Source: Monocercomonoides exilis PA203 (Eukaryota > Protista > Preaxostyla). From it: a stretch of 64,000 nucleotides of DNA. The stretch lies in NCBI GenBank assembly GCA_001643675.2, contig LSRY02000063.1, forward strand, positions 369,379 through 433,378. Direction: 5' to 3'. The position numbers were made by a program, and so were the translations under genes. The notes below the pieces were generated by a model. It was not told the origin of the DNA. It did no database searches and saw only the letters and a program-made list of their open reading frames with translations. Below, piece by piece: positions 50,257 to 60,507 of this stretch. Positions within the stretch are counted from its first letter, which is position 1. Each line of letters starts with the position of its first letter.

Positions 50257-51474
50257 TTAATTATCATCATGAATAATAGAAAAAGAAGATGTATGAACAG
50301 GGTTCGAACTGGAGGCGCCAGTTTCACCTGCAGGATCATTTCCAGATGAGCCACTGTCCACACGTAATAAGCCTTCAGCAATTCTAGGTCGATTACTACT
50401 ATCTTGAGTAGGTAAACCAGAAACAGAAAAATATTGAATCTGATTTTCATTAATAGGCATTCCTGAAACAAATTTCCAGTAATTAATAACATTCATATTA
50501 TAAGTTAACGTTAATGAAGAAACTTGTTCAGCAGTCCATGTATTCGAAAACTTATCTTCAGGACCAAAACCACCTAAAATAACCATAGTATAATAATACC
50601 TATCAGTATCTACAACACTATTATAACGTGTATGAGCATTAGGATATATATTAATCTTATATTCAGTAACCCAGTTAGTTTCATCAGATATACGAAGCAA
50701 TTTATCCGAATAAAGCTGAGCACCAAATTCCTTAAGCCATCTACGTCTAAAACCATGTACATAACCAGAAGTAAGAATATTAGGATATTTAAACATTGAC
50801 CAAATTCTAGATTGCAAGCTTTGAACATAAGAACCCCACTTCCTAAAGATAAGCACCCTAACATAAGCATGACTATAGCCGGTTAACGGATACCTACCAT
50901 CTCCATAATGAAAATACATTTCATATCTAGATTTATATAATATATAATCAGAATGTTGAGTTGAAATCTGCTGAGGAGTAACTACATTAATATTATCAAG
51001 AAAAACAGAATCTTCTGGATATTCCACTGCTCCTGAAGTAGCATTATATAAAGGCAAATTATATACTCCTATAGTTCCATTAGATTGACTATATGAATAA
51101 TAAATAGGTGCCCTATTCCTATAGAGCCAATTAAAATACTTTCGCTTTCTAAGCCTATATTTACGTAAAACCCTACGTCTTCTATATCTATTTTTCCTAC
51201 CTCTTCTATGTATTTTTTTACCTGTTCCTGTTTGTTTAATTTGCTTCCAGTTCTGAACCCTACCTTGCCCTATAGAATTAAGGTTAACCCTACGCCTATT
51301 CAAATTTAAAGACCTAGACATAGCCCTAGCACCAGAAATAGCCGTTCGACCTATAGACCTAGCTAACTTATATCCCGTATGAAACATAGACTTCCTCATA
51401 GATGGAGACATAGCCCTATAAGTATTTAAGGCTAAATGCGGCAAAGAACCTAACATCATTTTACTAAAGCTCAT
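50257..51474 (-). CDS. cap: capsid protein copy 2, intact 405 aa
   Basis: Full ORF; C-terminus ...SFSIIHDDN is shared with copies 3-5. Confidence 0.9.
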   Translation of the reverse strand: MSFSKMMLGSLPHLALNTYRAMSPSMRKSMFHTGYKLARSIGRTAISGARAMSRSLNLNRRRVNLNSIGQGRVQNWKQIKQTGTGKKIHRRGRKNRYRRRRVLRKYRLRKRKYFNWLYRNRAPIYYSYSQSNGTIGVYNLPLYNATSGAVEYPEDSVFLDNINVVTPQQISTQHSDYILYKSRYEMYFHYGDGRYPLTGYSHAYVRVLIFRKWGSYVQSLQSRIWSMFKYPNILTSGYVHGFRRRWLKEFGAQLYSDKLLRISDETNWVTEYKINIYPNAHTRYNSVVDTDRYYYTMVILGGFGPEDKFSNTWTAEQVSSLTLTYNMNVINYWKFVSGMPINENQIQYFSVSGLPTQDSSNRPRIAEGLLRVDSGSSGNDPAGETGASSSNPVHTSSFSIIHDDN

Positions 51475-51542
51475 GTTTTATTTATGAAGTGCAAAAAAGG
51501 AATATTAAGATCAAAATTCAGACTAATAAAAATTAATTACGG

Positions 51543-51953
51543 TTAATATAAATTTATATCTCTTAAAATATATGGATTATTCCATGCACCATGAAATTCA
51601 TAAAATATTTTATTATGATTTCTTAAATACATTTCAAAATTGTTTTTCATATAACTCAAATAAAATCGTCGCCAAGATAACAATCTTCGCTCTCTATTAC
51701 CTCGCCTTCTAAGTGCTCTAGGTCTTCTGCGATTCCTAAACTGCATCCTTCTAAGTGTATCCATAAAAGCCCTTATAGCTCTTTGATATACCCCTTCCAA
51801 TGAGTCTATATACATTATTGCATTCTGCATCTGCAATCCCCAAGCTCTTGTTCCACGAGGAGCCCAATTTTCACTTACATCTTCTTCATATGCCTGTAAT
51901 GTAATCGGTACATCCATAAACCACATATCATCAGTCCAATCGTCTTCATTCAT
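51543..51953 (-). CDS. viral ORF3, copy 2
   Basis: Identical protein. Confidence 0.85.
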   Translation of the reverse strand: MNEDDWTDDMWFMDVPITLQAYEEDVSENWAPRGTRAWGLQMQNAIMYIDSLEGVYQRAIRAFMDTLRRMQFRNRRRPRALRRRGNRERRLLSWRRFYLSYMKNNFEMYLRNHNKIFYEFHGAWNNPYILRDINLY

Positions 51954-52001
51954 TTTTTTGATCACACCCTTAATAATTTCTGATATCTCAGAAGTCTCAG
52001 A

Positions 52002-52036
52002 AGTTGCCGATAGGTAATACTAAACTATCGGCAACT
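52002..52036 (-). promoter_or_regulatory. origin stem-loop, copy 3
   Basis: Same stem and nonamer. Confidence 0.97.
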
Positions 52037-52095
52037 AATTATGGGTTCGGAAAAATTTTTGATCAGACCCATAAAATAAAATATATTTTACCTGA

Positions 52096-53489
52096 ATGTC
52101 ACAAATTCAAAACTTCAGAAGCAGAGCATATTGTTTCACATTAAACAACTACACAAACGAAGAATTTGAACATATAAAGCACATTGACTGCAGATACAGT
52201 CAAAACCGGATATAATCACGTTGAATATAATCACATTCGTTTATTGTCACATTTTTCGATGCACCGACATTTTTGGCCAATTTTTCATTCATTTTTCATC
52301 GCATATAATCACAGGGCTAAATATATATAATCACATTTTATATCATTATGTGTGCTTTTTCAATGAAAAATCGATTTTTGATCATAAATATTTATTTTTC
52401 GCTTTTTCAAAATTATGTTTAAATAAGTCTTAATAACATAATAAAACATAAAAAATTGTTATTTCTATTGAAAAATGTGTTTTTGTGAAGAATTTCAAAA
52501 AATAAAAAAATGACCCAAAATTTTTTTAAATATTTATTTATTTTTATTTTTTTTCGTGTAAAACAGCATCGTATATTATCACAATCGGATATAGTCACAA
52601 AAAGTTGTGCAAAAACCGATGTGATTATATCCGGTTTAGACTGTACTTGGTTGTCGGAGAGGAAGTAGGCGAAATGGGGACTCCGCATTTACAGGGTTAC
52701 GTATATTTCAAAAATCAAAAGTCTTTCCATACAGTTAAACTAATGATTAGCGAAAGATGCCATTTAGAAACAGCAAAAGGTTCCCCAGAAGATAATAGAA
52801 AATATTGCACTAAGGAAAACAAGTTCTTTGAAAAGGGAGAAATACCTCAACAAGGTAAGCGTTCAGATATAGACAAAGCAATAGAAATGATAAAAGAAGG
52901 AAAAACAATAGCTGACGTAGCAAAAGAAATGCCAAAACAAATAGTTCTACATGGAAAAGGACTGACCCACCTGAGCAACATTTTACAAGAAGAAAAGCAA
53001 GGCGATAGACCAGAAAGAAGAGAAACTTACTGGTTATGGGGAAAAACCGGTTCCGGAAAAACCACTTACGTAAAAAACAAAGCAAAAGAATTGAAAGAAA
53101 CGTTAGGATGGAGATGTTACTACTGGCCTGTTTCTCCAGGTTTCTTCACTAACTATACAAACCAAGAAATCGCAGTATTTGATGACTTCGATCCTCACAC
53201 CATGGACTTTAAAATGTTCCTAAAGATCACCGATCCTTGGTGTAATCCGGCTATAAACACCAAAGGAGATTCTGGAACTTTTACGTCAAACCTAGTTTTC
53301 TTCACAGCTACAGAACCTGCGGAAACAATACTAAAGGGATGCGTAGATATTCAAGATCAGATGGGACAGGTTACAAGAAGAGTTAAAAATATACATGTAC
53401 CTAACGACTTAATGGAACCTAATCAAAATGAAGAAACTGCCCCCACTCAACCTGATGATCAAGATGATCCTTTCATTAATCAACTTTAA
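52096..53489 (+). CDS. rep: Rep copy 3, MITE-interrupted
   Basis: Same motifs. Confidence 0.95.
52197..52643. mobile_element. MITE in rep, copy 3
   Basis: Same TIRs and TA duplication. Confidence 0.95.
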
Positions 53490-53585
53490 TTTTTATATTT
53501 TTATTTTCCATTTCTATTTTAATATTTAATTCCCAATAGGGTGCAAAAATGCGTAATGAATTGAATTTATTTTATTAAAAAAAAT

Positions 53586-54802
53586 TTAATTATCATCATG
53601 AATAATAGAAAAAGAAGATGTATGAACAGGGTTCGAACTGGAGGCGCCAGTTTCACCTGCAGGATCATTTCCAGATGAGCCACTGTCCACACGTAATAAG
53701 CCTTCAGCAATTCTAGGTCGATTACTACTATCTTGAGTAGGTAAACCAGAAACAGAAAAATATTGAATCTGATTTTCATTAATAGGCATTCCTGAAACAA
53801 ATTTCCAGTAATTAATAACATTCATATTATAAGTTAACGTTAATGAAGAAACTTGTTCAGCAGTCCATGTATTCGAAAACTTATCTTCAGGACCAAAACC
53901 ACCTAAAATAACCATAGTATAATAATACCTATCAGTATCTACAACACTATTATAACGTGTATGAGCATTAGGATATATATTAATCTTATATTCAGTAACC
54001 CAGTTAGTTTCATCAGATATACGAAGCAATTTATCCGAATAAAGCTGAGCACCAAATTCCTTAAGCCATCTACGTCTAAAACCATGTACATAACCAGAAG
54101 TAAGAATATTAGGATATTTAAACATTGACCAAATTCTAGATTGCAAGCTTTGAACATAAGAACCCCACTTCCTAAAGATAAGCACCCTAACATAAGCATG
54201 ACTATAGCCGGTTAACGGATACCTACCATCTCCATAATGAAAATACATTTCATATCTAGATTTATATAATATATAATCAGAATGTTGAGTTGAAATCTGC
54301 TGAGGAGTAACTACATTAATATTATCAAGAAAAACAGAATCTTCTGGATATTCCACTGCTCCTGAAGTAGCATTATATAAAGGCAAATTATATACTCCTA
54401 TAGTTCCATTAGATTGACTATATGAATAATAAATAGGTGCCCTATTCCTATAGAGCCAATTAAAATACTTTCGCTTTCTAAGCCTATATTTACGTAAAAC
54501 CCTACGTCTTCTATATCTATTTTTCCTACCTCTTCTATGTATTTTTTACCTGTTCCTGTTTGTTTAATTTGCTTCCAGTTCTGAACCCTACCTTGCCCTA
54601 TAGAATTAAGGTTAACCCTACGCCTATTCAAATTTAAAGACCTAGACATAGCCCTAGCACCAGAAATAGCCGTTCGACCTATAGACCTAGCTAACTTATA
54701 TCCCGTATGAAACATAGACTTCCTCATAGATGGAGACATAGCCCTATAAGTATTTAAGGCTAAATGCGGCAAAGAACCTAACATCATTTTACTAAAGCTC
54801 AT
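53586..54802 (-). CDS. cap: capsid copy 3, with 1-nt homopolymer frameshift near 54545
   Basis: Split into ORFs 54398-54802 and 53586-54386. Confidence 0.85.
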
Positions 54803-54870
54803 GTTTTATTTATGAAGTGCAAAAAAGGAATATTAAGATCAAAATTCAGACTAATAAAAATTAATTACGG

Positions 54871-55281
54871 TTAATATAAATTTATATCTCTTAAAATATA
54901 TGGATTATTCCATGCACCATGAAATTCATAAAATATTTTATTATGATTTCTTAAATACATTTCAAAATTGTTTTTCATATAACTCAAATAAAATCGTCGC
55001 CAAGATAACAATCTTCGCTCTCTATTACCTCGCCTTCTAAGTGCTCTAGGTCTTCTGCGATTCCTAAACTGCATCCTTCTAAGTGTATCCATAAAAGCCC
55101 TTATAGCTCTTTGATATACCCCTTCCAATGAGTCTATATACATTATTGCATTCTGCATCTGCAATCCCCAAGCTCTTGTTCCACGAGGAGCCCAATTTTC
55201 ACTTACATCTTCTTCATATGCCTGTAATGTAATCGGTACATCCATAAACCACATATCATCAGTCCAATCGTCTTCATTCAT
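54871..55281 (-). CDS. viral ORF3, copy 3
   Basis: Identical protein. Confidence 0.85.
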   Translation of the reverse strand: MNEDDWTDDMWFMDVPITLQAYEEDVSENWAPRGTRAWGLQMQNAIMYIDSLEGVYQRAIRAFMDTLRRMQFRNRRRPRALRRRGNRERRLLSWRRFYLSYMKNNFEMYLRNHNKIFYEFHGAWNNPYILRDINLY

Positions 55282-55329
55282 TTTTTTGATCACACCCTTA
55301 ATAATTTCTGATATCTCAGAAGTCTCAGA

Positions 55330-55364
55330 AGTTGCCGATAGGTAATACTAAACTATCGGCAACT
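55330..55364 (-). promoter_or_regulatory. origin stem-loop, copy 4
   Basis: Same stem and nonamer. Confidence 0.97.
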
Positions 55365-55423
55365 AATTATGGGTTCGGAAAAATTTTTGATCAGACCCAT
55401 AAAATAAAATATATTTTACCTGA

Positions 55424-56814
55424 ATGTCACAAATTCAAAACTTCAGAAGCAGAGCATATTGTTTCACATTAAACAACTACACAAACGAAGAATTTGAACA
55501 TATAAAGCACATTGACTGCAGATACAGTCAAAACCGGATATAATCACGTTGAATATAATCACATTCGTTTATTGTCACATTTTTCGATGCACCGACATTT
55601 TTGGCCAATTTTTCATTCATTTTTCATCGCATATAATCACAGGGCTAAATATATATAATCACATTTTATATCATTATGTGTGCTTTTTCAATGAAAAATC
55701 GATTTTTGATCATAAATATTTATTTTTCGCTTTTTCAAAATTATGTTTAAATAAGTCTTAATAACATAATAAAACATAAAAAATTGTTATTTCTATTGAA
55801 AAATGTGTTTTTGTGAAGAATTTCAAAAAATAAAAAATGACCCAAAATTTTTTAAATATTTATTTATTTTTATTTTTTTCGTGTAAAACAGCATCGTATA
55901 TTATCACAATCGGATATAGTCACAAAAGTTGTGCAAAAACCGATGTGATTATATCCGGTTTAGACTGTACTTGGTTGTCGGAGAGGAAGTAGGCGAAATG
56001 GGGACTCCGCATTTACAGGGTTACGTATATTTCAAAAATCAAAAGTCTTTCCATACAGTTAAACTAATGATTAGCGAAAGATGCCATTTAGAAACAGCAA
56101 AAGGTTCCCCAGAAGATAATAGAAAATATTGCACTAAGGAAAACAAGTTCTTTGAAAAGGGAGAAATACCTCAACAAGGTAAGCGTTCAGATATAGACAA
56201 AGCAATAGAAATGATAAAAGAAGGAAAAACAATAGCTGACGTAGCAAAAGAAATGCCAAAACAAATAGTTCTACATGGAAAAGGACTGACCCACCTGAGC
56301 AACATTTTACAAGAAGAAAAAGCAAGGCGATAGACCAGAAAGAAGAGAAACTTACTGGTTATGGGGAAAAACCGGTTCCGGAAAAACCACTTACGTAAAA
56401 AACAAAGCAAAAGAATTGAAAGAAACGTTAGGATGGAGATGTTACTACTGGCCTGTTTCTCCAGGTTTCTTCACTAACTATACAAACCAAGAAATCGCAG
56501 TATTTGATGACTTCGATCCTCACACCATGGACTTTAAAATGTTCCTAAAGATCACCGATCCTTGGTGTAATCCGGCTATAAACACCAAAGGAGATTCTGG
56601 AACTTTTACGTCAAACCTAGTTTTCTTCACAGCTACAGAACCTGCGGAAACAATACTAAAGGGATGCGTAGATATTCAAGATCAGATGGGACAGGTTACA
56701 AGAAGAGTTAAAAATATACATGTACCTAACGACTTAATGGAACCTAATCAAAATGAAGAAACTGCCCCCACTCAACCTGATGATCAAGATGATCCTTTCA
56801 TTAATCAACTTTAA
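55424..56814 (+). CDS. rep: Rep copy 4, MITE-interrupted, with extra-A frameshift near 56320
   Basis: Split into ORFs 55929-56333 and 56416-56814. Confidence 0.9.
55525..55967. mobile_element. MITE in rep, copy 4
   Basis: Same TIRs and TA duplication. Confidence 0.95.
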
Positions 56815-56912
56815 TTTTTATATTTTTATTTTCCATTTCTATTTTAATATTTAATTCCCAATAGGGTGCAAAAATGCGTAATGAATTGAATTTATTTTAT
56901 TAAAAAAAAAAT

Positions 56913-58131
56913 TTAATTATCATCATGAATAATAGAAAAAGAAGATGTATGAACAGGGTTCGAACTGGAGGCGCCAGTTTCACCTGCAGGATCATTTCCA
57001 GATGAGCCACTGTCCACACGTAATAAGCCTTCAGCAATTCTAGGTCGATTACTACTATCTTGAGTAGGTAAACCAGAAACAGAAAAATATTGAATCTGAT
57101 TTTCATTAATAGGCATTCCTGAAACAAATTTCCAGTAATTAATAACATTCATATTATAAGTTAACGTTAATGAAGAAACTTGTTCAGCAGTCCATGTATT
57201 CGAAAACTTATCTTCAGGACCAAAACCACCTAAAATAACCATAGTATAATAATACCTATCAGTATCTACAACACTATTATAACGTGTATGAGCATTAGGA
57301 TATATATTAATCTTATATTCAGTAACCCAGTTAGTTTCATCAGATATACGAAGCAATTTATCCGAATAAAGCTGAGCACCAAATTCCTTAAGCCATCTAC
57401 GTCTAAAACCATGTACATAACCAGAAGTAAGAATATTAGGATATTTAAACATTGACCAAATTCTAGATTGCAAGCTTTGAACATAAGAACCCCACTTCCT
57501 AAAGATAAGCACCCTAACATAAGCATGACTATAGCCGGTTAACGGATACCTACCATCTCCATAATGAAAATACATTTCATATCTAGATTTATATAATATA
57601 TAATCAGAATGTTGAGTTGAAATCTGCTGAGGAGTAACTACATTAATATTATCAAGAAAAACAGAATCTTCTGGATATTCCACTGCTCCTGAAGTAGCAT
57701 TATATAAAAGGCAAATTATATACTCCTATAGTTCCATTAGATTGACTATATGAATAATAAATAGGTGCCCTATTCCTATAGAGCCAATTAAAATACTTTC
57801 GCTTTCTAAGCCTATATTTACGTAAAACCCTACGTCTTCTATATCTATTTTTCCTACCTCTTCTATGTATTTTTTTACCTGTTCCTGTTTGTTTAATTTG
57901 CTTCCAGTTCTGAACCCTACCTTGCCCTATAGAATTAAGGTTAACCCTACGCCTATTCAAATTTAAAGACCTAGACATAGCCCTAGCACCAGAAATAGCC
58001 GTTCGACCTATAGACCTAGCTAACTTATATCCCGTATGAAACATAGACTTCCTCATAGATGGAGACATAGCCCTATAAGTATTTAAGGCTAAATGCGGCA
58101 AAGAACCTAACATCATTTTACTAAAGCTCAT
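56913..58131 (-). CDS. cap: capsid copy 4, with homopolymer frameshift near 57708
   Basis: Split into ORFs 57700-58131 and 56913-57683. Confidence 0.85.
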
Positions 58132-58199
58132 GTTTTATTTATGAAGTGCAAAAAAGGAATATTAAGATCAAAATTCAGACTAATAAAAATTAATTACGG

Positions 58200-58610
58200 T
58201 TAATATAAATTTATATCTCTTAAAATATATGGATTATTCCATGCACCATGAAATTCATAAAATATTTTATTATGATTTCTTAAATACATTTCAAAATTGT
58301 TTTTCATATAACTCAAATAAAATCGTCGCCAAGATAACAATCTTCGCTCTCTATTACCTCGCCTTCTAAGTGCTCTAGGTCTTCTGCGATTCCTAAACTG
58401 CATCCTTCTAAGTGTATCCATAAAAGCCCTTATAGCTCTTTGATATACCCCTTCCAATGAGTCTATATACATTATTGCATTCTGCATCTGCAATCCCCAA
58501 GCTCTTGTTCCACGAGGAGCCCAATTTTCACTTACATCTTCTTCATATGCCTGTAATGTAATCGGTACATCCATAAACCACATATCATCAGTCCAATCGT
58601 CTTCATTCAT
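58200..58610 (-). CDS. viral ORF3, copy 4
   Basis: Identical protein. Confidence 0.85.
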   Translation of the reverse strand: MNEDDWTDDMWFMDVPITLQAYEEDVSENWAPRGTRAWGLQMQNAIMYIDSLEGVYQRAIRAFMDTLRRMQFRNRRRPRALRRRGNRERRLLSWRRFYLSYMKNNFEMYLRNHNKIFYEFHGAWNNPYILRDINLY

Positions 58611-58658
58611 TTTTTTGATCACACCCTTAATAATTTCTGATATCTCAGAAGTCTCAGA

Positions 58659-58693
58659 AGTTGCCGATAGGTAATACTAAACTATCGGCAACT
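58659..58693 (-). promoter_or_regulatory. origin stem-loop, copy 5
   Basis: Same stem and nonamer. Confidence 0.97.
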
Positions 58694-58752
58694 AATTATG
58701 GGTTCGGAAAAATTTTTGATCAGACCCATAAAATAAAATATATTTTACCTGA

Positions 58753-60145
58753 ATGTCACAAATTCAAAACTTCAGAAGCAGAGCATATTGTTTCACATTA
58801 AACAACTACACAAACGAAGAATTTGAACATATAAAGCACATTGACTGCAGATACAGTCAAAACCGGATATAATCACGTTGAATATAATCACATTCGTTTA
58901 TTGTCACATTTTTCGATGCACCGACATTTTTGGCCAATTTTTCATTCATTTTTCATCGCATATAATCACAGGGCTAAATATATATAATCACATTTTATAT
59001 CATTATGTGTGCTTTTTCAATGAAAAATCGATTTTTTGATCATAAATATTTATTTTTCGCTTTTTCAAAATTATGTTTAAATAAGTCTTAATAACATAAT
59101 AAAACATAAAAAATTGTTATTTCTATTGAAAAATGTGTTTTTGTGAAGAATTTCAAAAAATAAAAAAATGACCCAAAATTTTTTAAATATTTATTTATTT
59201 TTATTTTTTTCGTGTAAAACAGCATCGTATATTATCACAATCGGATATAGTCACAAAAAGTTGTGCAAAAACCGATGTGATTATATCCGGTTTAGACTGT
59301 ACTTGGTTGTCGGAGAGGAAGTAGGCGAAATGGGGACTCCGCATTTACAGGGTTACGTATATTTCAAAAATCAAAAGTCTTTCCATACAGTTAAACTAAT
59401 GATTAGCGAAAGATGCCATTTAGAAACAGCAAAAGGTTCCCCAGAAGATAATAGAAAATATTGCACTAAGGAAAACAAGTTCTTTGAAAAGGGAGAAATA
59501 CCTCAACAAGGTAAGCGTTCAGATATAGACAAAGCAATAGAAATGATAAAAGAAGGAAAAACAATAGCTGACGTAGCAAAAGAAATGCCAAAACAAATAG
59601 TTCTACATGGAAAAGGACTGACCCACCTGAGCAACATTTTACAAGAAGAAAAGCAAGGCGATAGACCAGAAAGAAGAGAAACTTACTGGTTATGGGGAAA
59701 AACCGGTTCCGGAAAAACCACTTACGTAAAAAACAAAGCAAAAGAATTGAAAGAAACGTTAGGATGGAGATGTTACTACTGGCCTGTTTCTCCAGGTTTC
59801 TTCACTAACTATACAAACCAAGAAATCGCAGTATTTGATGACTTCGATCCTCACACCATGGACTTTAAAATGTTCCTAAAGATCACCGATCCTTGGTGTA
59901 ATCCGGCTATAAACACCAAAGGAGATTCTGGAACTTTTACGTCAAACCTAGTTTTCTTCACAGCTACAGAACCTGCGGAAACAATACTAAAGGGATGCGT
60001 AGATATTCAAGATCAGATGGGACAGGTTACAAGAAGAGTTAAAAATATACATGTACCTAACGACTTAATGGAACCTAATCAAAATGAAGAAACTGCCCCC
60101 ACTCAACCTGATGATCAAGATGATCCTTTCATTAATCAACTTTAA
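58753..60145 (+). CDS. rep: Rep copy 5, MITE-interrupted
   Basis: Same motifs. Confidence 0.95.
58854..59299. mobile_element. MITE in rep, copy 5
   Basis: Same TIRs and TA duplication. Confidence 0.95.
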
Positions 60146-60243
60146 TTTTTATATTTTTATTTTCCATTTCTATTTTAATATTTAATTCCCAATAGGGTGC
60201 AAAAATGCGTAATGAATTGAATTTATTTTATTAAAAAAAAAAT

Positions 60244-60507
60244 TTAATTATCATCATGAATAATAGAAAAAGAAGATGTATGAACAGGGTTCGAACTGGA
60301 GGCGCCAGTTTCACCTGCAGGATCATTTCCAGATGAGCCACTGTCCACACGTAATAAGCCTTCAGCAATTCTAGGTCGATTACTACTATCTTGAGTAGGT
60401 AAACCAGAAACAGAAAAATATTGAATCTGATTTTCATTAATAGGCATTCCTGAAACAAATTTCCAGTAATTAATAACATTCATATTATAAGTTAACGTTA
60501 ATGAAGA
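60244..60507 (-). pseudogene. cap: 3' fragment of capsid copy 5, truncated by telomere
   Basis: Viral identity ends at ...GTTAACGTTAATGAAGA (60507). Confidence 0.92.

Larger units (their letters stand above)
45331..60507. mobile_element. tandem head-to-tail array of ~4.56 endogenous CRESS DNA virus genomes (unit 3328-3333 bp)
   Basis: Origins recur at 45339, 48669, 52002, 55330 and 58659. Each full unit carries Rep, Cap and ORF3. The differences I noticed between copies are homopolymer-length changes. Confidence 0.97.

Noticed and set aside
53586-58131. Frameshifts in cap copies 3 and 4 and rep copy 4 as real inactivation or programmed frameshifting
   Set aside because: All are single-base changes in homopolymer runs, typical of long-read consensus errors. 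Cannot be resolved without reads.
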